Notes under the pieces: generated by a model | The model's input: the letters and a program-made list of their open reading frames with translations, nothing else | Database searches by the model: none | What the model was told of the DNA's origin: nothing | In this document: positions 9,649-18,275 of the stretch, piece by piece | How the letters are laid out: the number at the start of each line of letters is the position of its first letter | How positions within the stretch are numbered: the first letter of the stretch is position 1 | IMG/VR virus record: IMGVR_UViG_3300006151_000006 | Location: 1-64,000 of that record | Direction: 5' to 3' (one strand) | Source of the DNA: a virus | Taxonomy: Duplodnaviria > Heunggongvirae > Uroviricota > Caudoviricetes | DNA length: 64,000 bases | Position numbers and translations under genes: made by a program

Positions 9649-10041
9649 TTATTGAATTTCTTCGCAATACTCCCATAAAGAGAGTTTGCCTTTTACATTT
9701 TCGATTGGTTTGTCAAACTTAATGGGATTGGCAAGAACCCAGTTCCAAACACCTTTCTCGGCCCATTCTGATGGGTGGTTTTGAACACAATCGACAATCT
9801 CTACACTACCTATAATCGCGGAAGTGGGATATAAGGCCCTATTACTGGAATTATAGAGAAGCGCAGTACGTGCTACTGGAAGAGGGTAGCAATCCCGTAT
9901 CTCAGCATAAGGCACTGGAGTTTTCGCTGCGTGAATTAACACTCTTCCCCGGTACGACGTTCTCCATGTGCGGTTCTCAATATCCTTGCCGCCCGCGACA
10001 ATTAAACCGGCCCAAGGTTGCTTTACTGTCAACGCTTTCAT
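9649..10041 (-). CDS. ASCH-domain protein
   Basis: LTVKQPWAGLIVAGGKDIENRTW matches the ASCH / PUA-like signature. Confidence 0.65.
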   Translation of the reverse strand: MKALTVKQPWAGLIVAGGKDIENRTWRTSYRGRVLIHAAKTPVPYAEIRDCYPLPVARTALLYNSSNRALYPTSAIIGSVEIVDCVQNHPSEWAEKGVWNWVLANPIKFDKPIENVKGKLSLWEYCEEIQ

Positions 10042-10250
10042 TGCTTGCTTTCTTCAAATAATTGCTTCTGCTTGCGCAATAACTGTTCGTGTGTATGTTT
10101 GTGTATAGCCGGGAGCCTATAACTAACATCGGAACTGCCTGGAGTGGGGATTGCTTTGGAACTTGAACAACCTCCGGCAACCAAGACTATACCGAGCGCG
10201 ACTAATACGCTCAGGACATGCGATGAATGAATTTGGTCTTTTATGCTCAT
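10038..10250 (-). CDS. small lipoprotein
   Basis: Internal start MSIKDQ begins right after the upstream stop. Signal peptide with lipobox LVAGGC. Confidence 0.4.
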   Translation of the reverse strand: MSIKDQIHSSHVLSVLVALGIVLVAGGCSSSKAIPTPGSSDVSYRLPAIHKHTHEQLLRKQKQLFEESKQ

Positions 10251-10251
10251 T

Positions 10252-10485
10252 TCAGAAAAGTTTAAGTTGAATAGGTCTATTTTTGGTGGTTCTTGCATAC
10301 ACAGGGCAAACAGCCGCAAACTCACACTGCCCATTGGCGGCCAATATATGAGCTTCGTGCCATTTGTTCCAATCCTTCACGTCCTTATCCGTAAGGAAGC
10401 GAATCAACTGCATACAGTTAAACCCTCGTTCTTTGACTTGCTTATTTACAGCAATCTCGACAATACCATTTCCGTCAGGTGACAT
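10252..10485 (-). CDS. hypothetical protein
   Basis: 77 aa ORF. Confidence 0.4.
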   Translation of the reverse strand: MSPDGNGIVEIAVNKQVKERGFNCMQLIRFLTDKDVKDWNKWHEAHILAANGQCEFAAVCPVYARTTKNRPIQLKLF

Positions 10486-10961
10486 TACAGTTTTTTCTTT
10501 CTATAGTTGAATACTTGTCCCTTGATCCCTTCCCTGCGCATTATAGAGCAAAGAATTGATATTGATGACAAGGAGGTGCTTTCCTGATAAGAGGCGATGC
10601 GTACAAGTCGCACCATCTTACCCGATTCATCGGCTTCCACCAATCCCCAGTTTTCCGGCAATTCGGTTTCCTTTATGATACCTTCGAGAGCATAGTACCA
10701 TCTGAAATTACCCATTCCGGAGATTGGATCTTTACGATGCTGTTTCTCTCGGTCTTTTAGGAAATCTGCACGAGAGGTTTTAACCTCAACGAGTGTAGTG
10801 GAAGCACCATTCGTGCCCCATACATCAGCGTCCTCTCGTCCGTATGTGATAAGTTCTACTGCGACGTACTTGTGTGGATTGGTGCCATCAAGTCCACTCC
10901 TATGAAGTATTTTAGCGGCTTCACAGCACATATCGTAGTGAAGTGATTTTGTTTTGCTCAT
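10485..10961 (-). CDS. PD-(D/E)xK-like nuclease-fold protein
   Basis: D...EVK motif (EDADVW...LVEVKTSRADF). Confidence 0.4.
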   Translation of the reverse strand: MSKTKSLHYDMCCEAAKILHRSGLDGTNPHKYVAVELITYGREDADVWGTNGASTTLVEVKTSRADFLKDREKQHRKDPISGMGNFRWYYALEGIIKETELPENWGLVEADESGKMVRLVRIASYQESTSLSSISILCSIMRREGIKGQVFNYRKKKL

Positions 10962-11713
10962 AGTTTTGGATTGCTTAATTGTTTAAATCTTATTCCATAC
11001 TTAGTTGCGTGGCTCTCCATAATTGGACGGCGCATTTCCTCTGATGGATAGAAATAAAGATTGTGGTCTTCCGGAGATTCGATATATCCTTTCTTGCGAA
11101 GATTGTAGCGATAGCACAGTTTACTTTTGGTCTGTTTTACAAAGCGGAATTTAGTGCGCTGTTCAAAACCCCACGAAAGAGTTCTTCTCTTATCTCGATT
11201 ATAAGTTTCGCGCCAGGACGCACGCCGCTTTTCCTGCATTTCAGCATATCTTTTGGGAGATAGGCGTTCCTTATTGCTTTGTCCTTTTTTGAAGCCGTTA
11301 TTCTCGCTTCCTGGAATTCTAAAACCTTTTGGGGGATAGGTGCCATTTCTACGATGACTTTCGGCTGCGGCCACCTGTGCTTCATCTTGTGTTTTCTTCA
11401 TAAACTGTCGAGATTTGGTTAATCCATGCTCCCTCGCTATCCTATGCAATGAAGAATGGCTAATCCCTAATTTCTCCATTATCTCATCGTTCTTTGTGTG
11501 TTTGTAATGGCGGATAACCCAAGTCAGCTCTTTTTCGGTTAATTGCCGACCGCGCGTTGCGACCTTTCTTATCGGTTTATTGTATATTTTATGCTCTACG
11601 GCTTTACGTGTGCGACCAAGTCTTACCGCTATTTCGCTCCACTCCATTCCCAAAGATCTCAGCCGGCGAAGTTCATCAATCTCATTTTGAGTCCATTTCC
11701 GGTTGTTAGCCAT
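10958..11713 (-). CDS. DNA-binding protein (Myb/SANT-like and HTH)
   Basis: WTQNEIDELRRLRSLGMEWSEIAVRLGRTRKAV, with a second HTH near HSSLHRIAREHGL. Confidence 0.5.
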   Translation of the reverse strand: MANNRKWTQNEIDELRRLRSLGMEWSEIAVRLGRTRKAVEHKIYNKPIRKVATRGRQLTEKELTWVIRHYKHTKNDEIMEKLGISHSSLHRIAREHGLTKSRQFMKKTQDEAQVAAAESHRRNGTYPPKGFRIPGSENNGFKKGQSNKERLSPKRYAEMQEKRRASWRETYNRDKRRTLSWGFEQRTKFRFVKQTKSKLCYRYNLRKKGYIESPEDHNLYFYPSEEMRRPIMESHATKYGIRFKQLSNPKL

Positions 11714-11762
11714 AGTTGTAAATCAGGTTGTTATTTTTTTAATTCCCTCGAATTCGAGGGGT

Positions 11763-12212
11763 TTAGACAAACAAGAATGGAAACATCTTTTTCAGGTCAC
11801 GGTGGTTAGGCGCATAAGTAGAATACTTGGTCGTTGCCTCAACCAAACGGAACCGCTTGTTGTCGTAATTAGTGGTGCAATACTCTTGCCTTATTTCCAC
11901 CGCATTAAGCTGGCGATTCCCATACCTGCCAGTCGATTTCATCACAAAGGATTCATCAACTTTCACTGTAATGCAATAATCAAGGTCAACTATTCCCGAC
12001 AACATGTGAATAGCCTCGTCCGGGTCTTCTACAAAAAAGCAAAAGCCTATCGATGTCGAAGCGTTTCCTCTATGAAGACTATGGTTAGTTTCGTTGACAA
12101 GAACTTCGCCACGCTGATAGGCTTCAAATTCCTCTTTGGAGCAAAAACGATGCAGGATCATAACTATTCTTGCTTCAAGTGCAACTCCCGACACGGCTCT
12201 ACGCCAATGCAC
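11763..12212 (-). CDS. hypothetical protein
   Basis: 149 aa ORF. Confidence 0.4.
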   Translation of the reverse strand: MHWRRAVSGVALEARIVMILHRFCSKEEFEAYQRGEVLVNETNHSLHRGNASTSIGFCFFVEDPDEAIHMLSGIVDLDYCITVKVDESFVMKSTGRYGNRQLNAVEIRQEYCTTNYDNKRFRLVEATTKYSTYAPNHRDLKKMFPFLFV

Positions 12213-12817
12213 GGCATGATAATGACATCAATACCTTTCTTAAGCTGAATCAACATAGGGCGTGAATCCTTGGCCTGATATGCTATTACGCTATAAGACA
12301 ATCCAATGTCGTTCATGGCCTCAGCTATTGTCTGAAGTAATCCGGCATTAAATGATGTTCCGTTAATCGCAATGGCACGTTCTTCACGCTCGTATTCCTT
12401 GGTTTTGACTTTTCCTTTGCCATCACATATGGGGCAATCAAAGTAGTCAAAATGCTCTTCACCATTGGAGTCCTCATAAGTCCATTCGACTTCTCCGCGG
12501 CCCTCACATTCGTCGCATTCTGCTTCCTTCCCTGAAACAGCAACGGTTTCGTACTGTGGTATGCTCTTTAATACTTCTATGAGTTCCTTTAAGTCAAGTT
12601 TGTAATTACTCTCCGGTGCTGGAAATGATGGCAATTTTTCCGGGCCGCCTTGATGATTATAAGAATCTTCGCAAAGACATTTTTCAACTCGCACCATAAT
12701 CCTCGCGTCTGAAGCATAAATAAAACCGTTACGCTCAAAAGGTTCTTTCAAGCAAGCCCTATTTATAAACTCCCCATTATATACGAACCGGGAGAAGAAT
12801 AGTTTCTCGTTTTGCAT
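12164..12817 (-). CDS. hypothetical protein with CxxC zinc-ribbon motifs
   Basis: ECDECEGRG ... CPICDGKG. Confidence 0.5.
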   Translation of the reverse strand: MQNEKLFFSRFVYNGEFINRACLKEPFERNGFIYASDARIMVRVEKCLCEDSYNHQGGPEKLPSFPAPESNYKLDLKELIEVLKSIPQYETVAVSGKEAECDECEGRGEVEWTYEDSNGEEHFDYFDCPICDGKGKVKTKEYEREERAIAINGTSFNAGLLQTIAEAMNDIGLSYSVIAYQAKDSRPMLIQLKKGIDVIIMPCIGVEPCRELHLKQE

Positions 12818-13095
12818 CTCTATGTTATTATATACTGCACATTCAGATAGAATTCACGGTGTAAGCGCTCTATCTGCACATAATCACTAATCTTCTCGCC
12901 ATACGGGAGAAAGATTACGCGCTCTTTGGTATTTACACGTATTCCTTTCTTCCGCAGGCGATAGATTAGACAATGTGCTGCTGTACAGAGAGGTTTTGAC
13001 ATTACTTACATCACCAGTTCCCAGTCGTTAGCAAATACGTCGGCAATTGAGGGAGTCCACGAATCGGCTCGTCCAGTATCAAGATTGAAAATGAG

Positions 13096-13722
13096 TCACT
13101 GCGCAACATAGTCTATGTGGTCGCCGGCGGCGAGGATATGACGCTTTGCTTCCTCCGGGAGCGACTGCATATTCGGTATTTTTTCAGACGTGATGTGGGC
13201 CGGCACTTGCTTGAACACCATGAGTCCTTTGTTATTCCAACCATTGCGCCGGATTACAAAATCTTCACGGAGCATGGGTAGAATTTGCTCGAATGAGAGG
13301 CCGGAGGGATGACACGCCTCATTTCCCTCCATACATGACTGTCTAAGAGCCGCAAGGTTGAGGTATGCGCACATAGTATTGAACTGTGCGATAAGGAAAG
13401 CGCGTGTACCGAGTGGCAGAGCCTTAAAGTCTTCGCCATCGTTTTTATTGAAGATAAAGTACCCGAGTTTATCTGCCCTTTGTTTAAGATCGGCAATTTC
13501 AATGTTGAGCCGATCGAGAGGGGTTTCAGATACCTTGTAAGCGTCCTCAAACACTTCAGCTGGCGTCCACGACTCGTAGCCATCAGGGTAAACTACATAA
13601 TAGCCTTTATTGTCGTTGTATTCCTCAACATAGGCGTTTTCGCGGATAAGGCCACGCTCATGTGCCTCTCCGTAGGTCATTGGCTCTGCTTTGACCGTCT
13701 TTGTTCCAATATATGTTTTCAT
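13096..13722 (-). CDS. DUF2829 (Tad2-like) domain protein, candidate anti-Thoeris sponge
   Basis: C-terminus FEQILPMLREDFVIRRNGWNNKGLMVF fits the DUF2829 pattern FGEAL..LK.GKKVaRkGWngkGm. The N-terminus MTYGEA may be a second copy. Confidence 0.45.
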   Translation of the reverse strand: MKTYIGTKTVKAEPMTYGEAHERGLIRENAYVEEYNDNKGYYVVYPDGYESWTPAEVFEDAYKVSETPLDRLNIEIADLKQRADKLGYFIFNKNDGEDFKALPLGTRAFLIAQFNTMCAYLNLAALRQSCMEGNEACHPSGLSFEQILPMLREDFVIRRNGWNNKGLMVFKQVPAHITSEKIPNMQSLPEEAKRHILAAGDHIDYVAQ

Positions 13723-14552
13723 TTGCTCCAGTTTTTGCTACATTTTACATTGTCTGGAAGATCTGTGAGATTCCAGTCGGCGTAGGAATCGGAGAATTCC
13801 ACTTCATCGAAGTGCTCTGCAAGAGTGATGATGCCCTTGGGGTTCACCATGTGGGTAACATACACCTTGAGGAAGGCATCTGGGGCGATTTCACGAAGTT
13901 TCTCAGCAATACCAGCGAATGTGCCGCCACCATCGCAAAGATCATCGACCACGCAGATAGAGCCACCTTTGTAAACTTCTGGGTTGAGGATTTTGAATCC
14001 AGAGAGTTGGCCGGTCTCAGGATCACGCTCCTTACTGCAAAGGATTATCTTGTCAGAAGGACGCTCAGGGGAATGACTGAACTGATGAGCATAACGCTCA
14101 ATAGCTCCAGCATCTGGGAAGCAGTAGTAGTCAGCGGTAGCTACAAAGGCGACATTTGCATATTGACAATCACAGTTGTTGATAAGTGAGACTGCTTTTT
14201 TGGAATGAGCTTCCACCAGTGTAACTCGAATTGGCTTGATGCTGTTAATGGCATCGGCTACCAGCTTCAAACTGAACGCCTCATTGAATGCGACGACGCG
14301 ATCCATTCGCATACCCATCAGATATGTGATGTAGAGCGAAAAGGTGACTCCATGTCGGTTTAGAATGTCACCAAGCTGCATGAGAATGAACAAATCATCC
14401 GCATTTGCAATGCGTGTAATGATGAGTGTATGCTTTTTGTGGTCGATTTCACTGTCGATAACGATATGTTTTTCGCTATCAGGAAATTCGACAATGTGAT
14501 ATTTGATTGAGCCCTTATCAGGATTGATAAGATTTATTTCTTGTACTCGCAT
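13719..14552 (-). CDS. ribose-phosphate pyrophosphokinase-family protein (candidate Adps, NARP1)
   Basis: PRPP-binding loop VVDDLCDGGGT; 277 aa, shorter than canonical Prs; immediately upstream of the NAMPT homologue. Confidence 0.8.
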   Translation of the reverse strand: MRVQEINLINPDKGSIKYHIVEFPDSEKHIVIDSEIDHKKHTLIITRIANADDLFILMQLGDILNRHGVTFSLYITYLMGMRMDRVVAFNEAFSLKLVADAINSIKPIRVTLVEAHSKKAVSLINNCDCQYANVAFVATADYYCFPDAGAIERYAHQFSHSPERPSDKIILCSKERDPETGQLSGFKILNPEVYKGGSICVVDDLCDGGGTFAGIAEKLREIAPDAFLKVYVTHMVNPKGIITLAEHFDEVEFSDSYADWNLTDLPDNVKCSKNWSK

Positions 14553-14553
14553 A

Positions 14554-16068
14554 TTATCGAATTGTATTGTTTACGTTATCTCGGATTTCAGATAGACTCC
14601 AGTCTTTAAGCAGCTTGCCATCTTCAAAGACTGTTTGTAGTTCACCGGTTGCTTCAACTTCGGCTGATACTTGGTCGATGGCATAGAAATTACCCATCTG
14701 GTCCTTCTTGATACAAATTAACCCTTTGAGGGACTTCTTAACGCCATTGTCTGTTTTGGGGTCCTTGAATATTTCACGTCCTTCACCATTGACTTGACAC
14801 CAAGTGGCTTTCATTGCAAAGCCTAAAGAATCGCGAGATTTAAACTGATAAGTAAATGAGCCAACGCCAAGCACAAGATTGGTTGCAGCAAAACCTTTGG
14901 CTTCTAATCTGCGATAAATCTCCTTCTGACGTTCAAGAGTGATGGAGTCGCCATAAATCAATCCAATCTTAGGATTAAGCACCTTATAGCCAGCAGTATT
15001 AACTGTTCCTCCGAAAATTTCCCAAAGGATTTCATATGCACCTTTGATGACAGCTTCGTTTTCTGCAATTTCTTGGAAAGTCATTTCCTTGACATCTTCA
15101 GGGTCTAAGCCACATATAATGTCAACCGGATCTCCACTGTCAGGACGAATTACTACACGTCCATCACGAGCTTCGATGATGTCTTTTAACTGAGGGAGAT
15201 ATTCTGTCATCACTTTCCAGAAATCCCAAGTATCGCTGACAATCGAGACAAAGCCGCTGGGATATACTTCGGTGATGAGTCTGCGGAATGTTTCCAGCTC
15301 ATCTTCTTTTCCACCGGCACACATAACTGAATGCTCGGTAGCTGGCACTGTTCCGGCAATCAGTTCCTTTGAAGCATCAGCGTTATAATACTTCTCAATT
15401 GCAGCAATCGCTGGAATTGTTTCACTACCGGTAAAAGAAGTCATGTGACCCATTCCCGACATCACAGCAGCTTCGACACCGGCCATGCCTCTCATTGAAA
15501 AATCGTGGCACAAGAAATCCAGACCGGGCATAGTAACAAAACCAGTCTTGATTGCGTGACGGACCAACTCTTGCTTGTATAAACGAGCTGAGGTTGCAGA
15601 TGTCATCGGGAGCCACAAAGTTGTTGAGATGAGGGTTTCAAAGTAGTTGGTGAGCCAGAAAAATTCGTCCTTAGTGTTGACAATTGTGAGAGCCGGAACA
15701 CGAATTGGGCAAAGAGAACCTTCTGGAAGTGCTTTGATTCGTAGCGGAAGATAACCTAAGTCATGGAGAGCTGCTACATGCTCAGAACCTACTTGATTGT
15801 CTGGACCCAAGAATGTATTGATGCGTCGAGTCCATAAATCAATTACTTGGTCTTTAGGTTTTGCGAAGAATTCCTCATTTATTTGTTTAATGAGGTACTC
15901 CTTGATAAAATACTGAATGCCAAATACCACAGCACCATCTTTAGCCTCCGGATAATGGGTGTGGCTGCGTGGTGTCCAGTTGGCATACACTCTTTCAGTC
16001 CCTTTTGGGTACTGTCTTCGATGGTCTAACTTGTAGCCATCGGTAAGCAAAATTGCTTCTTGCGACAT
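14554..16068 (-). CDS. nicotinamide phosphoribosyltransferase-family protein (candidate Namat/NadV)
   Basis: N-terminus ILLTDGYKLDHRRQYPKGT is the NAMPT signature; 504 aa. Confidence 0.85.
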   Translation of the reverse strand: MSQEAILLTDGYKLDHRRQYPKGTERVYANWTPRSHTHYPEAKDGAVVFGIQYFIKEYLIKQINEEFFAKPKDQVIDLWTRRINTFLGPDNQVGSEHVAALHDLGYLPLRIKALPEGSLCPIRVPALTIVNTKDEFFWLTNYFETLISTTLWLPMTSATSARLYKQELVRHAIKTGFVTMPGLDFLCHDFSMRGMAGVEAAVMSGMGHMTSFTGSETIPAIAAIEKYYNADASKELIAGTVPATEHSVMCAGGKEDELETFRRLITEVYPSGFVSIVSDTWDFWKVMTEYLPQLKDIIEARDGRVVIRPDSGDPVDIICGLDPEDVKEMTFQEIAENEAVIKGAYEILWEIFGGTVNTAGYKVLNPKIGLIYGDSITLERQKEIYRRLEAKGFAATNLVLGVGSFTYQFKSRDSLGFAMKATWCQVNGEGREIFKDPKTDNGVKKSLKGLICIKKDQMGNFYAIDQVSAEVEATGELQTVFEDGKLLKDWSLSEIRDNVNNTIR

Positions 16069-16136
16069 GTTTGTGATTCATGTAATGTTGTTTTGCGGTG
16101 AGATATACAAATTCACTTATATTGTCAAGTTTGGAA

Positions 16137-16472
16137 TCAATAAGGGAGATTAACGACCCCCATATAACTATTGATGCGCAAACCTTGTTCTGTCATTTCA
16201 GTCTGAAACTTTATCAATCCTCTGCTTAGGAATGTTTCGCTATATTTACGCGCCATATCACACATCGCCTGATTAATATATTGAGAGCGACTGTCTTCTG
16301 GAATGTTATAATATAGACGAGAACTAATAATTTGTTCCTGACAGATTTTTTCAATCCGTGTTGAGGATTCAGAATATATTCCCATCTTCATATTGGGAAG
16401 AATCAAAGGATTTGGAGATAACTTATCTGCCCAATTTCTGAGAATATTTGCGATTTTTGTTTTAAGTTTCAT
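16137..16472 (-). CDS. hypothetical protein
   Basis: Internal Met at 16472 chosen because the longer ORF would overlap tRNA-Gln. Confidence 0.4.
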   Translation of the reverse strand: MKLKTKIANILRNWADKLSPNPLILPNMKMGIYSESSTRIEKICQEQIISSRLYYNIPEDSRSQYINQAMCDMARKYSETFLSRGLIKFQTEMTEQGLRINSYMGVVNLPY

Positions 16473-16487
16473 GCTGTTTATAATTTG

Positions 16488-16561
16488 TCGTCCTGTCCAG
16501 ACTCGAACTGGAACCTTCAGAGCCAAAATCTGACGTGCTGACCAATTGACACCACAGGACA
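16488..16561 (-). tRNA. tRNA-Gln(UUG)
   Basis: U1-G72 acceptor pair, anticodon loop TTTTGGC, T-loop TTCGAGT. Confidence 0.7.
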
Positions 16562-16565
16562 AGAT

Positions 16566-16772
16566 TTATCGGTTAAAGACTTTAACAAACCCTCCGATTA
16601 TGACACAAATGAATAGGACTGCCAATACGATGGCGAAAGGCCCCCAAAGTGGAGCAAGCACCCACCACCACGACCAAGTAATGATATTACACAGTTTCAG
16701 TGTAATGAAAATCAATCCAAGGATCGCTAAAAATGGGAAACTGGTTGAAGTGGTTTTCTGAATATTTGCCAT
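16566..16772 (-). CDS. small membrane protein (2 TM helices)
   Basis: MANIQKT... is very hydrophobic. The longer listed ORF overlaps tRNAs and is rejected. Confidence 0.4.
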   Translation of the reverse strand: MANIQKTTSTSFPFLAILGLIFITLKLCNIITWSWWWVLAPLWGPFAIVLAVLFICVIIGGFVKVFNR

Positions 16773-16794
16773 AGTTTTTATATTAATGGTTTTG

Positions 16795-16881
16795 CGGAAG
16801 CGATGAGACTCGAACTCATAAGCCGGTTTCCCGACAGGCACGTTAGCAGTGTGCTGGTTTGACCAATTCACCCACACTTCC
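16795..16881 (-). tRNA. tRNA-Ser(GCU)
   Basis: Type II with a long variable arm, 3 bp D stem, anticodon loop CTGCTAA, discriminator G. Confidence 0.75.
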
Positions 16882-16887
16882 AATTTG

Positions 16888-16961
16888 CAGCGCATACCGG
16901 ACTCGAACCGGCGATCTCCTCCGTGACAGGGAGGCGTCCACTCCAACTGAACTGATGCGCT
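16888..16961 (-). tRNA. tRNA-Asp(GUC)
   Basis: Anticodon loop CTGTCAC, stem CCTCC/GGAGG. Confidence 0.8.
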
Positions 16962-16969
16962 ATATATTG

Positions 16970-17042
16970 TATGGGTGACAGGGCTCGAACCTGCGACATC
17001 TACATCCCAAATGTAGCACTCTACCAACTGAGCTACACCCAT
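16970..17042 (-). tRNA. tRNA-Pro(UGG)
   Basis: Anticodon loop TTTGGGA. Confidence 0.75.
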
Positions 17043-17048
17043 ATATTG

Positions 17049-17122
17049 CAAGTCGTGAAGGATTTGAACCTCCGAAATTTGGTTTTGGAGACCAACGCAA
17101 TAGACCACTCTGCCAACGACTT
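17049..17122 (-). tRNA. tRNA-Trp(CCA)
   Basis: Anticodon loop CTCCAAA. Confidence 0.75.
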
Positions 17123-17129
17123 GTGTTAG

Positions 17130-17201
17130 AGGGCATGGTGGGGGTCGAACCCACGACCTGACGGTTAACAGCCGCCTGCTCTACCACTGAGCTACAAACC
17201 C
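17130..17201 (-). tRNA. tRNA-Asn(GUU)
   Basis: Anticodon loop CTGTTAA; one U-U mismatch in the acceptor stem. Confidence 0.7.
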
Positions 17202-17207
17202 ATTATA

Positions 17208-17280
17208 GACACTCTTGTCAGAATCGAACTGACGTGTACGGTTTTGCAGACCGCCGCCTCGCCACTCGGCCAAAGAGTGT
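17208..17280 (-). tRNA. tRNA-Cys(GCA)
   Basis: Anticodon loop CTGCAAA. Confidence 0.7.
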
Positions 17281-17282
17281 TG

Positions 17283-17356
17283 TGGACCCGACAAGAATCG
17301 AACTTGTGCCCTTCGACTTATGAGGTCGCTGCTCTAACCAACTGAGCTACAGATCC
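17283..17356 (-). tRNA. tRNA-Met(CAU) (elongator or Ile2-type)
   Basis: Anticodon loop CTCATAA; lacks the initiator features. Confidence 0.7.
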
Positions 17357-17361
17357 ATTTG

Positions 17362-17436
17362 GGTGATAGATGGAAGTTGAACCCATGACCTCCTGATTCA
17401 CAGACAGGTGCTCTAACCACCTAAGCTACTAACACC
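17362..17436 (-). tRNA. tRNA-His(GUG)
   Basis: Anticodon loop CTGTGAA; the extra 5' G(-1) pairs with C73. Confidence 0.8.
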
Positions 17437-17437
17437 G

Positions 17438-17509
17438 TGGATTGAGATGGATTTGAACCACCGACGCTTGGCTCTTCAGGCCAACGCTCTACCACTGAGC
17501 TATCAATCC
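17438..17509 (-). tRNA. tRNA-Phe(GAA)
   Basis: Anticodon loop CTGAAGA. Confidence 0.8.
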
Positions 17510-17515
17510 TTAATG

Positions 17516-17587
17516 TACCCCCACCGGGAATCGAACCCGGATTTCAAGAATGAAAATCTTGCGTCCTAACCTTTAGACGACAGGGAC
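17516..17587 (-). tRNA. tRNA-Glu(UUC)
   Basis: Anticodon loop TTTTCAT; the acceptor stem carries four G-U pairs. Confidence 0.6.
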
Positions 17588-17589
17588 AT

Positions 17590-17674
17590 TGGTGGAAGCA
17601 GAAGGACTCGAACCTACGAACTCCGAAGAGGGCAGTTTTACAGACTGCTGCCGTTGCCGCTTGGCTATACTTCC
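17590..17674 (-). tRNA. tRNA-Tyr(GUA)
   Basis: Type II, anticodon loop CTGTAAA, CCA encoded. Confidence 0.75.
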
Positions 17675-17679
17675 ATTTG

Positions 17680-17753
17680 TCGGAAAAGATGGACTCGAAC
17701 CAACGACCTTCTGCGTATCAGGCAGATGCTCTAACCAACTGAGCTATTTTCCG
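17680..17753 (-). tRNA. tRNA-Ile(GAU)
   Basis: Anticodon loop CTGATAC. Confidence 0.8.
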
Positions 17754-17814
17754 ATAAACTCAGCGATTCTCACGAACCACTGAGAAAGATTGAATTATGT
17801 GCAATTTAAACCAT

Positions 17815-17890
17815 GTCAGACAATCGGGACTCGAACCCGAAACCGTTCCACCTTTTCGGTAGCTGCTCTGTCCAATTGAGCTATTGTCTG
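17815..17890 (-). tRNA. tRNA-like element with non-canonical anticodon arm (pseudo-tRNA?)
   Basis: Acceptor, D and T arms are perfect, but the anticodon region CTACCGAAAAGGTGG gives only a 5 nt loop, or a loop lacking U33. Confidence 0.4.
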
Positions 17891-17998
17891 TGCGCCCGCT
17901 ACGCAACTGAAGCGTTTCCCAACGACTCAGTACCTCCGACGCGTCTAAAACAATCTTTTCAACCTTAAAACAAAACCACAATAAACTAAAACCCTAAG

Positions 17999-18071
17999 AG
18001 CCACTTGCAAGACTCGAACTTGCGACCCCGATATTACAAGTATCGTGCTCTACCAACTGAGCTAAAGAGGC
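17999..18071 (-). tRNA. tRNA-Thr(UGU)
   Basis: Anticodon loop CTTGTAA. Confidence 0.75.
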
Positions 18072-18275
18072 ATACGGAATAAGTTGTTTACGCTTACCCC
18101 CAACTCCGATGACGGCCTTGCTCGGAGAAACACCGCCAGCTAACGTTCTGGCTCCGCGACTTACCAACCTCACCAGTTGTCTCTGGTATTGAGGTGCCGG
18201 AGGCTTTTCGATCCCTCGATCATTTCAGCAGTTAGAACTCGTCAAGTTGCTGAAAGGTGCGCACAAAGGCTGCGG

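Noticed and set aside
16566-17108. 180 aa ORF (and the 153 aa ORF at 19828-20289) spanning tRNA genes
   Set aside because: The N-terminal extensions run antisense through tRNA genes. Only the tRNA-free C-terminal parts (16566-16772 and 19828-20040) are plausible genes.
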